Source of the DNA: Halalkalibacterium halodurans
GTDB taxonomy: Bacteria > Bacillota > Bacilli > Bacillales > Bacillaceae_D
DNA: 32,000 nt
Assembly (NCBI RefSeq): GCF_004376175.1
Contig: NZ_SNUY01000003.1
Span: forward strand, 20,214-52,213
Reading direction: 5' to 3'
Shown: positions 7,803 through 18,365 of the stretch, piece after piece
How positions within the stretch are numbered: position 1 is the stretch's first letter
Layout of the letters: every line of letters starts with the position of its first letter
Program-made: the position numbers and the translations under genes
The notes under the pieces: generated by a model
What the model saw: only the letters and a program-made list of their open reading frames with translations
Databases searched by the model: none
Told to the model about the DNA's origin: nothing

Positions 7803-7913
7803 ACACAATCAGAAAAGATCGAACTTTTCAGATAGTTTAAGAAAAATGAAGGCTTTCGCGATAAAACTTGGCGATGAGCTGATTTTTCCAATAGATGGAT
7901 AGGAGGAGTAACC

Positions 7914-9050
7914 ATGAATCGTAAAGAATTAGAAACAGCTTTAGTACAAATCGGAAATCGAATGGATGATCGAACAGGTGCGATCAACACGCCTGTTTAC
8001 TTTTCGACCGCCTATCGTCACTCCGGAATTGGCGAATCCACTGGCTATGACTATGCACGGACAGGGAATCCCACGAGAGAAGTGCTTGAAAAGGCGATTG
8101 CTACGTTAGAAAACGGAGATCAAGGGTTTTCCTGTAGTTCCGGTATGGCAGCTATCCAAACGGTGTTTTCTCTTTTTCAATCAGGGGATGAAATTATTGC
8201 TTCCCAAGATTTGTATGGAGGGACGTACCGCTTGTTTGAAGGTGGCTGGAAAAAGTGGGGGCTTTCTTTCTCCTATGCTGATCCGCGAAATCTTGCAGCG
8301 TTAGAACAGCAAATAACAGAAAAAACGAAGGCGCTGTTTATTGAAACCCCTACGAATCCACTCATGCAAGAAGCAAATATTCGTGAGCTTGCCGCCCTTG
8401 CTAATAAATATGGATTGCTGCTGATCGTCGATAATACGTTCTACACGCCACTTTTACAGCAACCATTAAACGAAGGGGCCCATATCGTCATCCATAGTGC
8501 GTCAAAATACTTAGGCGGGCACAATGATGTCATCGCTGGGTTGATTGTAGCCAAAGGACAAGAGCTATGTGAGCAGGTCGCCTATTACCATAACGGAATT
8601 GGCGGAACGCTCTCAGCCTTTGATTCATGGTTGCTCATTCGTGGGATGAAAACTCTTGCTCTGCGAATGGAGCAGCATCAAAACAATGCGAGGGCTATAG
8701 CGTCTTACTTAGAAAAGCATAAAGGAGTAACGGATGTTCTTTATCCTGGACGGGGTGGAATGCTTTCCTTCCGCATACAATCGGAGAGCTGGGTTAACCC
8801 GTTTTTACAATCGTTGAAGCTCATTTCATTTGCAGAGAGCCTAGGGGGAGTCGAAAGCTTAATGACCTATCCGGCGACGCAAACCCATGCCGATATTCCA
8901 GAGGATGTGCGGATCGCTAACGGTGTATGTAATCGCTTGTTGCGATTCTCAGTTGGGATCGAACATGTGGGTGATTTGATTGCCGACCTCGATCAAGCGT
9001 TCAACCGTGTCATCGAGCAGTCAGCGGTGAAAGGAAGTGAAGCACAGTGA
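7914..9050 (+). CDS. metI: Cystathionine gamma-synthase / O-acetylhomoserine thiolyase (PLP-dependent)
   Basis: 378 aa Cys/Met-metabolism PLP family with HSASKYLGGHNDV around the PLP lysine. First gene after the S-box leader. RBS GGAGGAG. Confidence 0.9.
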   Translation: MNRKELETALVQIGNRMDDRTGAINTPVYFSTAYRHSGIGESTGYDYARTGNPTREVLEKAIATLENGDQGFSCSSGMAAIQTVFSLFQSGDEIIASQDLYGGTYRLFEGGWKKWGLSFSYADPRNLAALEQQITEKTKALFIETPTNPLMQEANIRELAALANKYGLLLIVDNTFYTPLLQQPLNEGAHIVIHSASKYLGGHNDVIAGLIVAKGQELCEQVAYYHNGIGGTLSAFDSWLLIRGMKTLALRMEQHQNNARAIASYLEKHKGVTDVLYPGRGGMLSFRIQSESWVNPFLQSLKLISFAESLGGVESLMTYPATQTHADIPEDVRIANGVCNRLLRFSVGIEHVGDLIADLDQAFNRVIEQSAVKGSEAQ

Positions 9051-10219
9051 GCGAACAGTACAGCTTGCAAACAAAACTACTTCATAATGAGCATAAGGTT
9101 GACCAGGCAACTGGTGCGGTAAGCGTACCAATCCAACACGCTTCTACGTTTCATCAGTTTGACTTTGATACGTTTGGAACGTATGACTATAGCCGTTCGG
9201 GTAATCCGACACGGGATGCTCTCGAAGCGGCGATTGCTGAGCTTGAGGGAGGCAATCATGGATTTGCGTTTGCTTCTGGGATGGCTGCTATCTCCACAGC
9301 GTTTATGCTCCTATCAAAGGGCGATCACGTTGTCTTAACGAAAGATGTGTACGGTGGGACCTTTCGCCTCGTAACGGAAGTTTTAACCCGGCTTGGAATT
9401 GACCATACATTTGTTGATATGACAAACTTGGCGGAAGTGGCGGCGGCCATCAGACCAAATACCCGTGTCCTTTATATGGAGACGCCATCCAATCCGACGT
9501 TGAACATTACTGACATTCACGGGGTCGTTTCACTGGCAAAAGAACACGAATGTCTCACCTTTCTTGACAACACCTTTTTAACACCTGCTTTGCAGCGACC
9601 GCTAGAACTTGGAGTTGATGTCGTCCTCCATAGTGCGACAAAATTTATTGGAGGTCACAGTGATGTTGTCGCAGGGCTGGCGGTGACAAAGGATGAAGAA
9701 CTAGGAAAAAAGCTCGCCTTTTTACAAAACTCGTTCGGCGCTATTTTAGGCGTTCAAGACGTATGGCTCGTTCTCCGAGGTTTGAAAACACTTCATGTGC
9801 GGATGGAGCACGGAGAGAAAGGGGCTCAGCAGATCGCCGAATGGCTTCTAGGCGTCCCGGAAGTGAAGCGAGTCTACTACCCTGGTTTAAAAGATCACCC
9901 AGGACACGAATTGCAAAAAAGGCAGGCGGAAGGGTTTGGCGCTGTGCTATCGTTTGAGCTAGAAAATGAAGAGGCGGTTCGAAGGTTCGTGGAACATGTA
10001 AAGCTCCCTGTTTTTGCTGTCAGTTTAGGAGCGGTAGAATCGATCTTGTCTTACCCCGCCAAAATGTCCCATGCCGCGATGCCGAAAGAGGAGCGGGAGG
10101 CAAGAGGCATTCGTGATGGATTGCTTAGACTTTCAGTCGGGTTAGAAAAACCGGAAGAACTAATGGCTGACTTTAAAGCGGCATTTGCTCACGTTCGAGG
10201 AAAGGTGGAACATCTATGA
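9047..10219 (+). CDS. metC: Cystathionine beta-lyase (PLP-dependent)
   Basis: 390 aa paralogue of the upstream gene with HSATKFIGGHSDV. The GTG start overlaps the metI stop (GTGA at 9047-9050). Confidence 0.85.
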   Translation: MSEQYSLQTKLLHNEHKVDQATGAVSVPIQHASTFHQFDFDTFGTYDYSRSGNPTRDALEAAIAELEGGNHGFAFASGMAAISTAFMLLSKGDHVVLTKDVYGGTFRLVTEVLTRLGIDHTFVDMTNLAEVAAAIRPNTRVLYMETPSNPTLNITDIHGVVSLAKEHECLTFLDNTFLTPALQRPLELGVDVVLHSATKFIGGHSDVVAGLAVTKDEELGKKLAFLQNSFGAILGVQDVWLVLRGLKTLHVRMEHGEKGAQQIAEWLLGVPEVKRVYYPGLKDHPGHELQKRQAEGFGAVLSFELENEEAVRRFVEHVKLPVFAVSLGAVESILSYPAKMSHAAMPKEEREARGIRDGLLRLSVGLEKPEELMADFKAAFAHVRGKVEHL

Positions 10220-12072
10220 CGAACTTGGTCGAAGCGCTGAAAACGAACATATTAGTCGGAGATGGCGCCATGGGAACGCTTCTTTACGAGCAAGGGATTG
10301 ACCGATGCTTTGAAGAGCTCAATGTGACCGATCCAGAGAAAATCGTGGCAGCCCATGTAGCGTATGTGGAAGCTGGAGCTGATGTGATCCAGACGAACAC
10401 GTATGCGGCAAATCGGATGAAACTAGCAAAATATCAGCTTGACGACCAAGTATTGGAAATCAACCGCGCCGCCGTTCGATTAGCGAGAAAGGCTGCAAAA
10501 CAAGAGACGTTTGTCCTCGGTACCATCGGCGGCATTCGCAGCGTTCAATTTGAAGAAGTAGAAATCCAAGAAGTCCAGGACGTGTTTTTGGAGCAGATGA
10601 AGGCGCTCGTAAGCGAAGGGGTGGACGGTCTTTTATTGGAAACCTTTTATGATCTAGAAGAAGCGAAATTGGCCGTCAGTCTTGCCCGTTCTTTAACGGA
10701 TTTGCCCGTCATCGCTCATTTATCGATCGCAGAAATTGGCGTACTTCAAGGGGGGAAACTGTTAGAAGAGGCGTTTGCAGAGCTAGAAGGGCTCGGAGCA
10801 GATCTTGTCGGCATTAACTGTCGTATGGGACCCTACCAAATGCTTCGCTCCTTCGAAACGGTTCAACTTTTGGACAGAGCCTACTATTCTGCTTATCCAA
10901 ATGCTAGCTTACCAGATTATCGCGACGGTCGGCTGTATTACCATTCAAATCCAGAATATTTTTATGAAATGGGAAAACGCTTTGTGCAGCAAGGAGTTCG
11001 CCTTCTAGGAGGATGTTGTGGTACCACTCCTGAACATGTACGTGCGTTCGCTAAAGTTGTGAAAGGATTAAAGCCTGTTGTAAGCAAGCCTGTTAGGTTG
11101 GAAATCAAAGAAACGTTGAGCTCTACTGGGCAAAAGACGGCTCGAGAGCCACTTGCGGAAAAAGTGAAGAAGCAGCCTTCGATCATCGTGGAGCTAGATC
11201 CACCGAAAAACCTGGCAATCGACCGGTTTGTTGAAGGGGCAGCGGCTTTGAAAAATGCTGGAGTCGATGCGGTGACGATGGCGGACAATTCTCTCGCTTC
11301 TCCTCGTGTCGATAACTTAGCGCTTGGAGCGATTATTCAGCAGCAAGCGGGCGTTCGGCCACTCGTCCATGTGACGTGCCGTGACCGGAACCTGATCGGG
11401 TTGCAGTCGCACTTAATGGGGCTCCATGCCTTAGGGATGACTGATTTATTAGCGATTACGGGGGACCCAACAAAGGTCGGTGATTTTCCTGGTGCCACGT
11501 CGGTCTATGACGTGACCTCATTTCAGCTAATCTCTTTAATCAAGCAATTGAATGAAGGAATCTCCTTTTCAGGAAAAGAACTAGGTCAAAAAGCGAATTT
11601 CTCTGTGGGGGCTGCCTTTAATCCAAATGTCCGTCACCTTGAGCGAGCGGTCCAACGAATGGAAAAGAAAATCGAGGCTGGCGCTGACTATTTCATGACC
11701 CAGCCAATCTACAATGAAAAGCAGATCGAGGACATTTACGAAGCGACTAAGCACATTGAAAAGCCGATTTATATCGGAATCATGCCTTTAATTAACGGTC
11801 GAAATGCAGAATTTCTTCATAATGAGGTACCGGGTATTAAATTGACAGATCAGATTCGAGAACGGATGGCGCATGCCGGTGAAGACCGCCAAAAAGGGGA
11901 ACGGGAAGGACTCGCCATTGCCAAGTCTTTATTGGATGTAGCGACTCATTATTTTAACGGCATCTATTTGATTACCCCGTTTTTACGCTACGGAATGACC
12001 GTTGAACTGACTCACTATGTGAAGGAGACTCAACATCAAATCAGACAGCCAGAACGCTCGATTCAGAAGTAG
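10216..12072 (+). CDS. yitJ: Bifunctional homocysteine S-methyltransferase / 5,10-methylenetetrahydrofolate reductase
   Basis: 618 aa. An N-terminal Hcy-binding domain ([19 protein letters not shown] zinc-Cys motif) is fused to a C-terminal MTHFR-like domain. The ATG overlaps the metC stop (ATGA). Confidence 0.88.
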   Translation: MTNLVEALKTNILVGDGAMGTLLYEQGIDRCFEELNVTDPEKIVAAHVAYVEAGADVIQTNTYAANRMKLAKYQLDDQVLEINRAAVRLARKAAKQETFVLGTIGGIRSVQFEEVEIQEVQDVFLEQMKALVSEGVDGLLLETFYDLEEAKLAVSLARSLTDLPVIAHLSIAEIGVLQGGKLLEEAFAELEGLGADLVGINCRMGPYQMLRSFETVQLLDRAYYSAYPNASLPDYRDGRLYYHSNPEYFYEMGKRFVQQGVRLLGGCCGTTPEHVRAFAKVVKGLKPVVSKPVRLEIKETLSSTGQKTAREPLAEKVKKQPSIIVELDPPKNLAIDRFVEGAAALKNAGVDAVTMADNSLASPRVDNLALGAIIQQQAGVRPLVHVTCRDRNLIGLQSHLMGLHALGMTDLLAITGDPTKVGDFPGATSVYDVTSFQLISLIKQLNEGISFSGKELGQKANFSVGAAFNPNVRHLERAVQRMEKKIEAGADYFMTQPIYNEKQIEDIYEATKHIEKPIYIGIMPLINGRNAEFLHNEVPGIKLTDQIRERMAHAGEDRQKGEREGLAIAKSLLDVATHYFNGIYLITPFLRYGMTVELTHYVKETQHQIRQPERSIQK

Positions 12073-12089
12073 AAAGGACGATCAGAAGA

Positions 12090-15000
12090 ATGACTAAATC
12101 GTTGTTTGAACAACAGTTAGAGCGAAAAATCGTCATCCTTGATGGGGCGATGGGGACCATGTTACAAGCCGCGAATCTAACCGCTGATGACTTTGGCGGA
12201 GAAGAGTATGAAGGGTGTAATGAATATTTAAATGAGACGGCCCCCCATGTCGTTGAGGACATTCATCGCGCATACTTAGAGGCAGGAGCAGACGTCATTG
12301 CGACGAACACGTTCGGGGCAACAGATATCGTTCTTGACGATTATGATCTCGGATACAAAGCAGAGGAGTTAAACATATGCGCGGTGAAAATCGCTAAACG
12401 TGTAGCTGAAGAGTTTTCCACTCCAGATTGGCCTCGATTCGTTGCAGGGGCGATGGGGCCGACGACGAAATCTCTTTCCGTCACAGGGGGCGCGACATTC
12501 GAACAACTTATCGAGTCTTATCGCCAGCAAGCTACAGGTCTAATTAAAGGCGGGGCGGATATTTTATTACTCGAAACGAGCCAGGATATGCGAAACGTGA
12601 AGGCGGCTTATTTAGGACTGAGCCAAGCGCAAAAAGAGCTAGAGGTGAAACTGCCTCTCATTATTTCTGGAACGATTGAACCGATGGGAACAACGCTCGC
12701 CGGCCAAAACATCGAGGCGTTCTATTTGTCATTAGAGCATATGAATCCCGTCGTTGTCGGTCTCAACTGCGCTACAGGACCAGAATTTATGCGCGATCAC
12801 CTCCGTTCTCTTTCAGACCTTGCGACCTGCTCTGTAAGCTGTTATCCGAATGCTGGGTTACCTGATGAAGAGGGGAACTATCACGAATCCCCAGAATCAT
12901 TAGCAGCCAAGCTCGCAGGTTTTGCGGAAAAGGGCTGGTTGAATATGGTTGGTGGCTGTTGCGGGACGACTCCAGACCACATTCGTGCTCTTTTGGACGT
13001 TATGAAGCAATTTGAGCCGAGACAACCAAAAGGGGATCACCCCCACTCGGTCTCAGGAATTGAGCCACTGTTATACGATGACAGCATGCGTCCACTATTT
13101 GTCGGTGAACGGACAAACGTCATCGGGTCTCGTAAATTTAAACGGTTGATCGAAGAAGAAAAATATGAAGAAGCCTCAGAAATTGCAAGATCCCAAGTGA
13201 AGAAAGGGGCCCACGTTATCGATGTTTGTCTTGCTGATCCGGATCGCGATGAAATGGAGGACATGGAGGAATTTTTAAAATTCGTGATCAACAAAGTGAA
13301 GGTACCGCTCATGATTGACTCCACCGACGAAAAGGTAATTGAACAAGCGCTTACGTATTCACAAGGGAAAGCGATCATTAATTCGATCAACTTAGAGGAC
13401 GGCGAAGAACGTTTTGAAAAAGTGGTCCCGCTCGTCCATAAGTATGGAGCCGCGGTTGTCGTTGGTACGATCGACGAAGAAGGAATGGCGATTACGGCAG
13501 AAAAAAAATTAGCGGTTGCGAAACGATCATACGACCTGCTCGTAAACAAATACAACATTCGTCCGAGCGATATTATTTTTGATCCGCTCGTGTTCCCGGT
13601 AGGAACAGGCGATGAGCAATACATTGGCTCGGCGAATGAGACGGTGGAAGGAATTAGGAGGATCAAAGAAGAGCTCCCTGAATGTTTAACGATTCTTGGA
13701 GTTAGTAACGTGTCGTTCGGTCTTCCGCCTGTCGGAAGAGAGGTGCTGAACGCGGCGTACTTATACCATTGTACACAAGCTGGCCTTGATTACGCTATCG
13801 TGAACACAGAAAAGCTTGAGCGTTATGCCTCGATTTCTGATGAAGAAAAAGAATTGTCAAGGAAGCTCTTATTTGAAACGACAGATGAAACGCTCGCTGA
13901 GTTCACCGCCTTTTATCGAGGGAAAAAAGCAGAGAAAAAAGTGGAGACTTCTAATTTAACTTTGGAAGAGCGGTTGGCAAACTACATTGTTGAAGGGTCA
14001 AAGGACGGACTGACAGAAGATTTAGATAAAGCGCTCGCGAAATATGATGATCCGCTTGATATCATTAACGGCCCGCTCATGAATGGCATGGACGAAGTCG
14101 GTCGTTTGTTTAACAATAACGAGCTTATTGTCGCTGAAGTATTGCAAAGCGCTGAGGTTATGAAGGCTTCCGTCGCCCACCTTGAGCCACATATGGAAAA
14201 GAAAGCAGACGATCATGGAAAAGGAAAAATCATTCTTGCCACGGTCAAGGGCGATGTTCACGATATCGGGAAAAATCTAGTGGAAATTATTTTGAGCAAT
14301 AATGGTTTCCGCATCGTGAACCTAGGAATTAAAGTTACCTCTAATGAGCTGATTGAAGCGGTGGCGAGAGAAAATCCAGATGCGATTGGCTTGTCAGGGT
14401 TGCTCGTCAAATCAGCACAACAAATGGTACTTACCGCCCAAGATTTGAAGCAACAACAAATTTCCATTCCGATTTTAGTCGGAGGCGCAGCCCTTACGCG
14501 GAAATTTACGAATACAAAAATCGCTCCAGAGTATGATGGTCTCGTCGTCTACGCGAAGGATGCGATGAACGGGTTAGAGCTTGCCAATAAATTAATGAAA
14601 CCTGATGAACGAGAAAAGCTAGCGGTCTCCCTCCATGAAGCGAAGGAGCAGGCGAACTCGAGGACACAAATGGGAGGAGGCGGAACTGCAGTTGCGGTAA
14701 AGCCGACTCGATCCCATGTTTCGACAACGGTGCCTGTAGCGGTCCCACCTGATGTGAAGCCGCACATTTTGCGCCACCATAGCATTGCCCATTTAGAGCC
14801 GTATATTAACATGCAGATGTTGTTAGGACGTCACTTAGGCTTACAAGGGAAAGTGAGCCGCCTGCTTGCAGAAAAAGACGAGAAGGCTCTTGAATTAAAA
14901 GAAAAAGTTGATGCGCTACTCACCCGGGTGAAAGAGGAGCAGCTCATGGAAGCTCATGGCATGTATCAGTTTTTTCCTGCTCAGTCGGATGGGGACGATA

Positions 15001-15530
15001 TTGTCATTTATGATCAAACGGGAACAAATGAAATCGAGCGATTCCATTTTCCGCGTCAGAATAAGGAGCCTTATCTGTGTCTTGCCGATTTCCTTCGCCC
15101 GGTTTCCAGTGGGGAAATGGACTATGTTGGCTTCCTTGCTGTAACCGCAGGAAAAGGCATTCGTGAATTAGGGGAGCAGGCGAAAGAGGCTGGAGACTAT
15201 TTATTCAGTCACTTAATCCAAGCAACAGCCTTAGAGATGGCGGAAGGGTTTGCCGAGCGTGTCCATCAGCTCATGCGTGATAAGTGGGGGTTTCCTGATT
15301 CGGCTGACTTTACAATGGAAGAGCGTTTCGCTGCAAAATACCGTGGCATCCGTGTATCGTTTGGCTACCCTGCATGCCCTGACTTGGATGACCAAGCAAA
15401 GTTGTTTAAGCTGTTGAAGCCTGGAAAGATCGGAATTGAGTTGACGGAAGGGTTTATGATGGAGCCAGAAGCCTCCGTCACCGCGATGGTGTTTGCCCAT
15501 CCTGAGGCTCGCTATTTTAATGTTTTATAG
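12090..15530 (+). CDS. metH: Cobalamin-dependent methionine synthase
   Basis: 1146 aa. Contains an Hcy-binding domain ([18 protein letters not shown]), a pterin-binding region, the B12-binding DxHxxG motif (GDVHDIGKN) and a C-terminal AdoMet activation domain. Confidence 0.95.
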   Translation: MTKSLFEQQLERKIVILDGAMGTMLQAANLTADDFGGEEYEGCNEYLNETAPHVVEDIHRAYLEAGADVIATNTFGATDIVLDDYDLGYKAEELNICAVKIAKRVAEEFSTPDWPRFVAGAMGPTTKSLSVTGGATFEQLIESYRQQATGLIKGGADILLLETSQDMRNVKAAYLGLSQAQKELEVKLPLIISGTIEPMGTTLAGQNIEAFYLSLEHMNPVVVGLNCATGPEFMRDHLRSLSDLATCSVSCYPNAGLPDEEGNYHESPESLAAKLAGFAEKGWLNMVGGCCGTTPDHIRALLDVMKQFEPRQPKGDHPHSVSGIEPLLYDDSMRPLFVGERTNVIGSRKFKRLIEEEKYEEASEIARSQVKKGAHVIDVCLADPDRDEMEDMEEFLKFVINKVKVPLMIDSTDEKVIEQALTYSQGKAIINSINLEDGEERFEKVVPLVHKYGAAVVVGTIDEEGMAITAEKKLAVAKRSYDLLVNKYNIRPSDIIFDPLVFPVGTGDEQYIGSANETVEGIRRIKEELPECLTILGVSNVSFGLPPVGREVLNAAYLYHCTQAGLDYAIVNTEKLERYASISDEEKELSRKLLFETTDETLAEFTAFYRGKKAEKKVETSNLTLEERLANYIVEGSKDGLTEDLDKALAKYDDPLDIINGPLMNGMDEVGRLFNNNELIVAEVLQSAEVMKASVAHLEPHMEKKADDHGKGKIILATVKGDVHDIGKNLVEIILSNNGFRIVNLGIKVTSNELIEAVARENPDAIGLSGLLVKSAQQMVLTAQDLKQQQISIPILVGGAALTRKFTNTKIAPEYDGLVVYAKDAMNGLELANKLMKPDEREKLAVSLHEAKEQANSRTQMGGGGTAVAVKPTRSHVSTTVPVAVPPDVKPHILRHHSIAHLEPYINMQMLLGRHLGLQGKVSRLLAEKDEKALELKEKVDALLTRVKEEQLMEAHGMYQFFPAQSDGDDIVIYDQTGTNEIERFHFPRQNKEPYLCLADFLRPVSSGEMDYVGFLAVTAGKGIRELGEQAKEAGDYLFSHLIQATALEMAEGFAERVHQLMRDKWGFPDSADFTMEERFAAKYRGIRVSFGYPACPDLDDQAKLFKLLKPGKIGIELTEGFMMEPEASVTAMVFAHPEARYFNVL

Positions 15531-15534
15531 AGGT

Positions 15535-15571
15535 AAGACCTTTTCTGTTATAAGCAGAGAAGGTCTTTTTT
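15535..15571 (+). terminator. Rho-independent terminator of the met operon
   Basis: AGACCTTTTCTG pairs with CAGAGAAGGTCT (one mismatch) and is followed by TTTTTT, directly after the metH stop. Confidence 0.75.
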
Positions 15572-15834
15572 CATTTTAAATAATCGAGCGCGTATGAAAG
15601 ATCAAGTTGCTAAAGGGTGGCGACAAGCACGGGCTGTTAATAACTTTTACTTTGTAAAAAAGCACCTAGCTGGTAAGATCGTGTGCTCATTGCTCAAATT
15701 TCTCAATGCTTAAGTTTTTTCTCCTTTTTTGAATAAAAACGCTAAGGGTCAACAAACAATACGTGTAAGCGTTGGCGTATAGACACAACATTGGGAATAA
15801 GCAATTGCCTAAACCATAAGGAGGTACGAACAGC

Positions 15835-16908
15835 ATGAGTACACGAGGATGGTTGAAAATTCCTCTTCTGAGTTTAGCTTTATTTCTCAGTTTAATGAAC
15901 ATGACGACGACAGCCCATGCTTTTTCTGACCAAGTCATCCAGCATGGAGCCACCGGGGATGATGTGGTGGAATTACAAGCCCGACTCCAATACATTGGTT
16001 TTTACAATAAGAAGATTGATGGTGTCTTTGGATGGAGCACATACTGGGCCGTTCGTAATTATCAATATGAGTTCGGGATGGAAGTGGATGGTCTTGTTGG
16101 GCCTGAAATGAAAGCAAAGCTTGAAAAAACAACAAACTTCAACCGAGATTTTGTCGATAGGGCGCTGACCCAAGGAAGGAAATTTACCCATTATGGCGGG
16201 GTACCAAAACAGATTCAAAAAGGGCCAAAAGGGAGCGCAGATGAAAGGAGGCGTGCACGCGAAGAAGTGAGACAGCCTCGAGCTGATCGTCCTGGAAGAG
16301 ATGACCCTGCCGCGCCAACGGATGAAAGGAGGCGTGCACGCGAAGAAGTGAGACAGCCTCGAGCTGATCGTCCTGGAAGAGATGACCCTGCCGCGCCAAC
16401 GGATGAAAGAGCTCCGCGGCGTGAGGAAACACCTGCTCCGACGCCGGAACCGACACCTGCACCACCAGAGGAGCCAACACCTTACGAAGAAACACCTGAT
16501 GCTCAAGATGATGAGGCAAATATCGAAAAAGCAACAAATGTTCCTGCAGGTTACTCTGATAACGATATTCAACTAATGGCACAAGCCGTTTATGGAGAAG
16601 CGCGGGGAGAGCCTTATGTAGGACAAGTGGCTGTTGCTGCTGTTATTTTAAATCGATTGAACAGTCCAACCTTCCCAGATACCGTCTCAGGTGTCATTTT
16701 TGAGCCACTTGCTTTCACGGCAGTAGCCGACGGGCAAATTTACATGACACCAGATGAAACGGCAAGACGGGCCGTGTTAGATGCATTGAACGGCCAAGAT
16801 CCGTCAGGAGGCGCAACCTATTATTTTAACCCGGATACAGCGACATCTGGTTGGATCTGGTCAAGACCACAAATTAAACGGATTGGAAAACATATTTTCC
16901 TTAATTAG
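15835..16908 (+). CDS. sleB: Spore cortex-lytic enzyme SleB with an expanded charged/Pro-rich linker
   Basis: Signal peptide ending AHA-F. PG-binding repeat (GATGDDVVELQARLQYIGFY...DGVFGWSTYWAVRNYQ). C-terminal SleB/CwlJ hydrolase domain (AQAVYGEARGEPYVGQVAVAAVILNR...). ypeB follows immediately. RBS AAGGAGG. Confidence 0.9.
   Translation: MSTRGWLKIPLLSLALFLSLMNMTTTAHAFSDQVIQHGATGDDVVELQARLQYIGFYNKKIDGVFGWSTYWAVRNYQYEFGMEVDGLVGPEMKAKLEKTTNFNRDFVDRALTQGRKFTHYGGVPKQIQKGPKGSADERRRAREEVRQPRADRPGRDDPAAPTDERRRAREEVRQPRADRPGRDDPAAPTDERAPRREETPAPTPEPTPAPPEEPTPYEETPDAQDDEANIEKATNVPAGYSDNDIQLMAQAVYGEARGEPYVGQVAVAAVILNRLNSPTFPDTVSGVIFEPLAFTAVADGQIYMTPDETARRAVLDALNGQDPSGGATYYFNPDTATSGWIWSRPQIKRIGKHIFLN
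16240..16409 (+). repeat. Perfect 81-bp in-frame tandem duplication (2.1 copies) inside sleB
   Basis: 16240-16320 is identical base-for-base to 16321-16401. The next 8 nt (GATGAAAG) restart the unit. It encodes DERRRAREEVRQPRADRPGRDDPAAPT twice. Confidence 0.95.
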
Positions 16909-16927
16909 TATCTGGAGGTGAGCGATT

Positions 16928-18271
16928 GTGATACGGAATGTAATCATTGGCCTATTAGCGGTAGCCGTCATCGCGACAGGTTACTGGGGCTTCCAGGAAC
17001 AACAGCAAAGTCAAATTTTAACCGTGCAAGCCGAAAATAGCTATCAACGGGCGTTTCACGAATTAGCCTATCATATTGATCAAATTGAAGATCAACTAGG
17101 GGCGACGATTGCTATGAATACAAGAAGGCAGCTAACCCCTTCTCTGGCGGAAGTTTGGAGGCTGACGAGTCTTGCATCAGAGGAGATTGGCCAGCTTCCC
17201 TTAGGTATTGTCGATTTAAGCAAAACGGAAGAGTTTTTGCATCATTTGGGAACGTTTAGTTACAAAACATCGATCCGAGATCTTGATAAGGAACCGTTAA
17301 CAGACGAAGAATACGAAAAGTTAGAGAAGTTACATGATTATTCGAAGACGATCAAAAATGATTTGCGGAAAACGCAAGCGATGACGTTGAAAAAAGATAT
17401 GCGCTGGCTCGACTTAAATAAGGAGTTTCAAGCACAAGACGAACCATTAGATAACGCAATCGTCGATGGCTTTCGAACGATGGATGAGCATGTAAAAGGT
17501 GCAAGTGAAGTTGAGTGGGGACCAGGAATGGTCATTAGAAACGACCATGAAAAAAAATTAGAAAAACGACTTGAAAAAAGAAAGATAACAGAAGAGGAAG
17601 CAAAGGAAATTGCTTTATCATATGTTGATATGGAACAGGCAACGGATGTGATTGTTTCTGAAACAGGTGATGGCCTTGATATGTATAGTGTCATCATCGA
17701 TGATCCTGAAAGGCAAGCCCATTACTATTTAGACATGACTCAACAAGGCGGACACCCAATTTGGTTTCTTCAGGAACGCCAGATTAACGAGCAAAATATG
17801 AGTTTGAATGAAGCCTCTAACAAAGCACAAGAGTTTTTAGAGGAGCACGACAAGGAAAATATGCAGCTCGTTGATAGCAAGCAGTATGATTCGATCGGTG
17901 TGTTTGAATTTGTCTATCTTGAAGATAACGTACGGGTTTATCCAGACAGGATTAAAGTCGAAGTCGCTTTAGATGAAGGCGATATTATCGGCTATGAGGC
18001 GATGTCCTATTTAGTGAATCATCATGATCGTGACCTTGAAGAGCCTGAGTTGACAGCAGATGAAGCGAGGGAGCGACTAAACCCGCGTTTAGAGGTGATG
18101 GAAGATCACATCGCACTCATTCAAAATGATCTCGGGGAAGAAGTGCTTTGTTATGAGTTTTTCGGGGTCATCAATGACGAAACGTATCGAATTTACATTA
18201 ATGCGGAAGATGGAGAAGAAGAAAAAGTGGAAAAAATGCAGGAGGCCGAGCCTGTATATGATTTTGATTAG
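16928..18271 (+). CDS. ypeB: Germination protein YpeB (SleB partner, PepSY-domain)
   Basis: 447 aa with an N-terminal membrane anchor (VIIGLLAVAVIATGYWGF). Acidic C-terminal half. Conserved position directly downstream of sleB. GTG start behind GGAGGTG. Confidence 0.85.
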   Translation: MIRNVIIGLLAVAVIATGYWGFQEQQQSQILTVQAENSYQRAFHELAYHIDQIEDQLGATIAMNTRRQLTPSLAEVWRLTSLASEEIGQLPLGIVDLSKTEEFLHHLGTFSYKTSIRDLDKEPLTDEEYEKLEKLHDYSKTIKNDLRKTQAMTLKKDMRWLDLNKEFQAQDEPLDNAIVDGFRTMDEHVKGASEVEWGPGMVIRNDHEKKLEKRLEKRKITEEEAKEIALSYVDMEQATDVIVSETGDGLDMYSVIIDDPERQAHYYLDMTQQGGHPIWFLQERQINEQNMSLNEASNKAQEFLEEHDKENMQLVDSKQYDSIGVFEFVYLEDNVRVYPDRIKVEVALDEGDIIGYEAMSYLVNHHDRDLEEPELTADEARERLNPRLEVMEDHIALIQNDLGEEVLCYEFFGVINDETYRIYINAEDGEEEKVEKMQEAEPVYDFD

Positions 18272-18303
18272 GAAGAAGGGGAGCTCTCCTTCTTCTTTTT
18301 TTT
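18272..18303 (+). terminator. Rho-independent terminator after ypeB
   Basis: GAAGAAGG (18272-18279) pairs with CCTTCTTC (18288-18295) and is followed by a run of 8 T. Confidence 0.7.
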
Positions 18304-18365
18304 CGTCTACCGTGAGATAATAAGATTAAATCATCAAGTGCGAAAAGTTAGAGGGGGATTCTGCG

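Noticed and set aside
7642-7990. ORFs 7642-7902 (+) and 7715-7990 (-) from the track
   Set aside because: They lie over the S-box riboswitch, its terminator and the metI leader. The RNA element fully explains this region.
13037-13666. 209-aa minus-strand ORF inside metH
   Set aside because: It is antisense to a strongly conserved metH segment and is Ser/Thr-rich and low-complexity. This is a typical shadow ORF.
15572-15834. Forespore (sigma-F/G) promoter upstream of sleB
   Set aside because: GTATA and GGGAATAAG motifs are present, but their spacing (about 11 nt) does not fit the consensus I remember. I could not support a specific promoter call.
16240-16409. Could the direct repeats be a CRISPR array?
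   Set aside because: The two copies are contiguous with no spacers, lie in-frame inside a gene, and have an 81-bp unit. This is not CRISPR architecture. No CRISPR-like array was seen elsewhere in the window.
15973-16582. 199-aa and 132-aa minus-strand ORFs, and a 64-aa + ORF, across the sleB linker
   Set aside because: They are artefacts of the low-complexity, duplicated 81-bp repeat. The sleB frame has recognisable domains on both sides.
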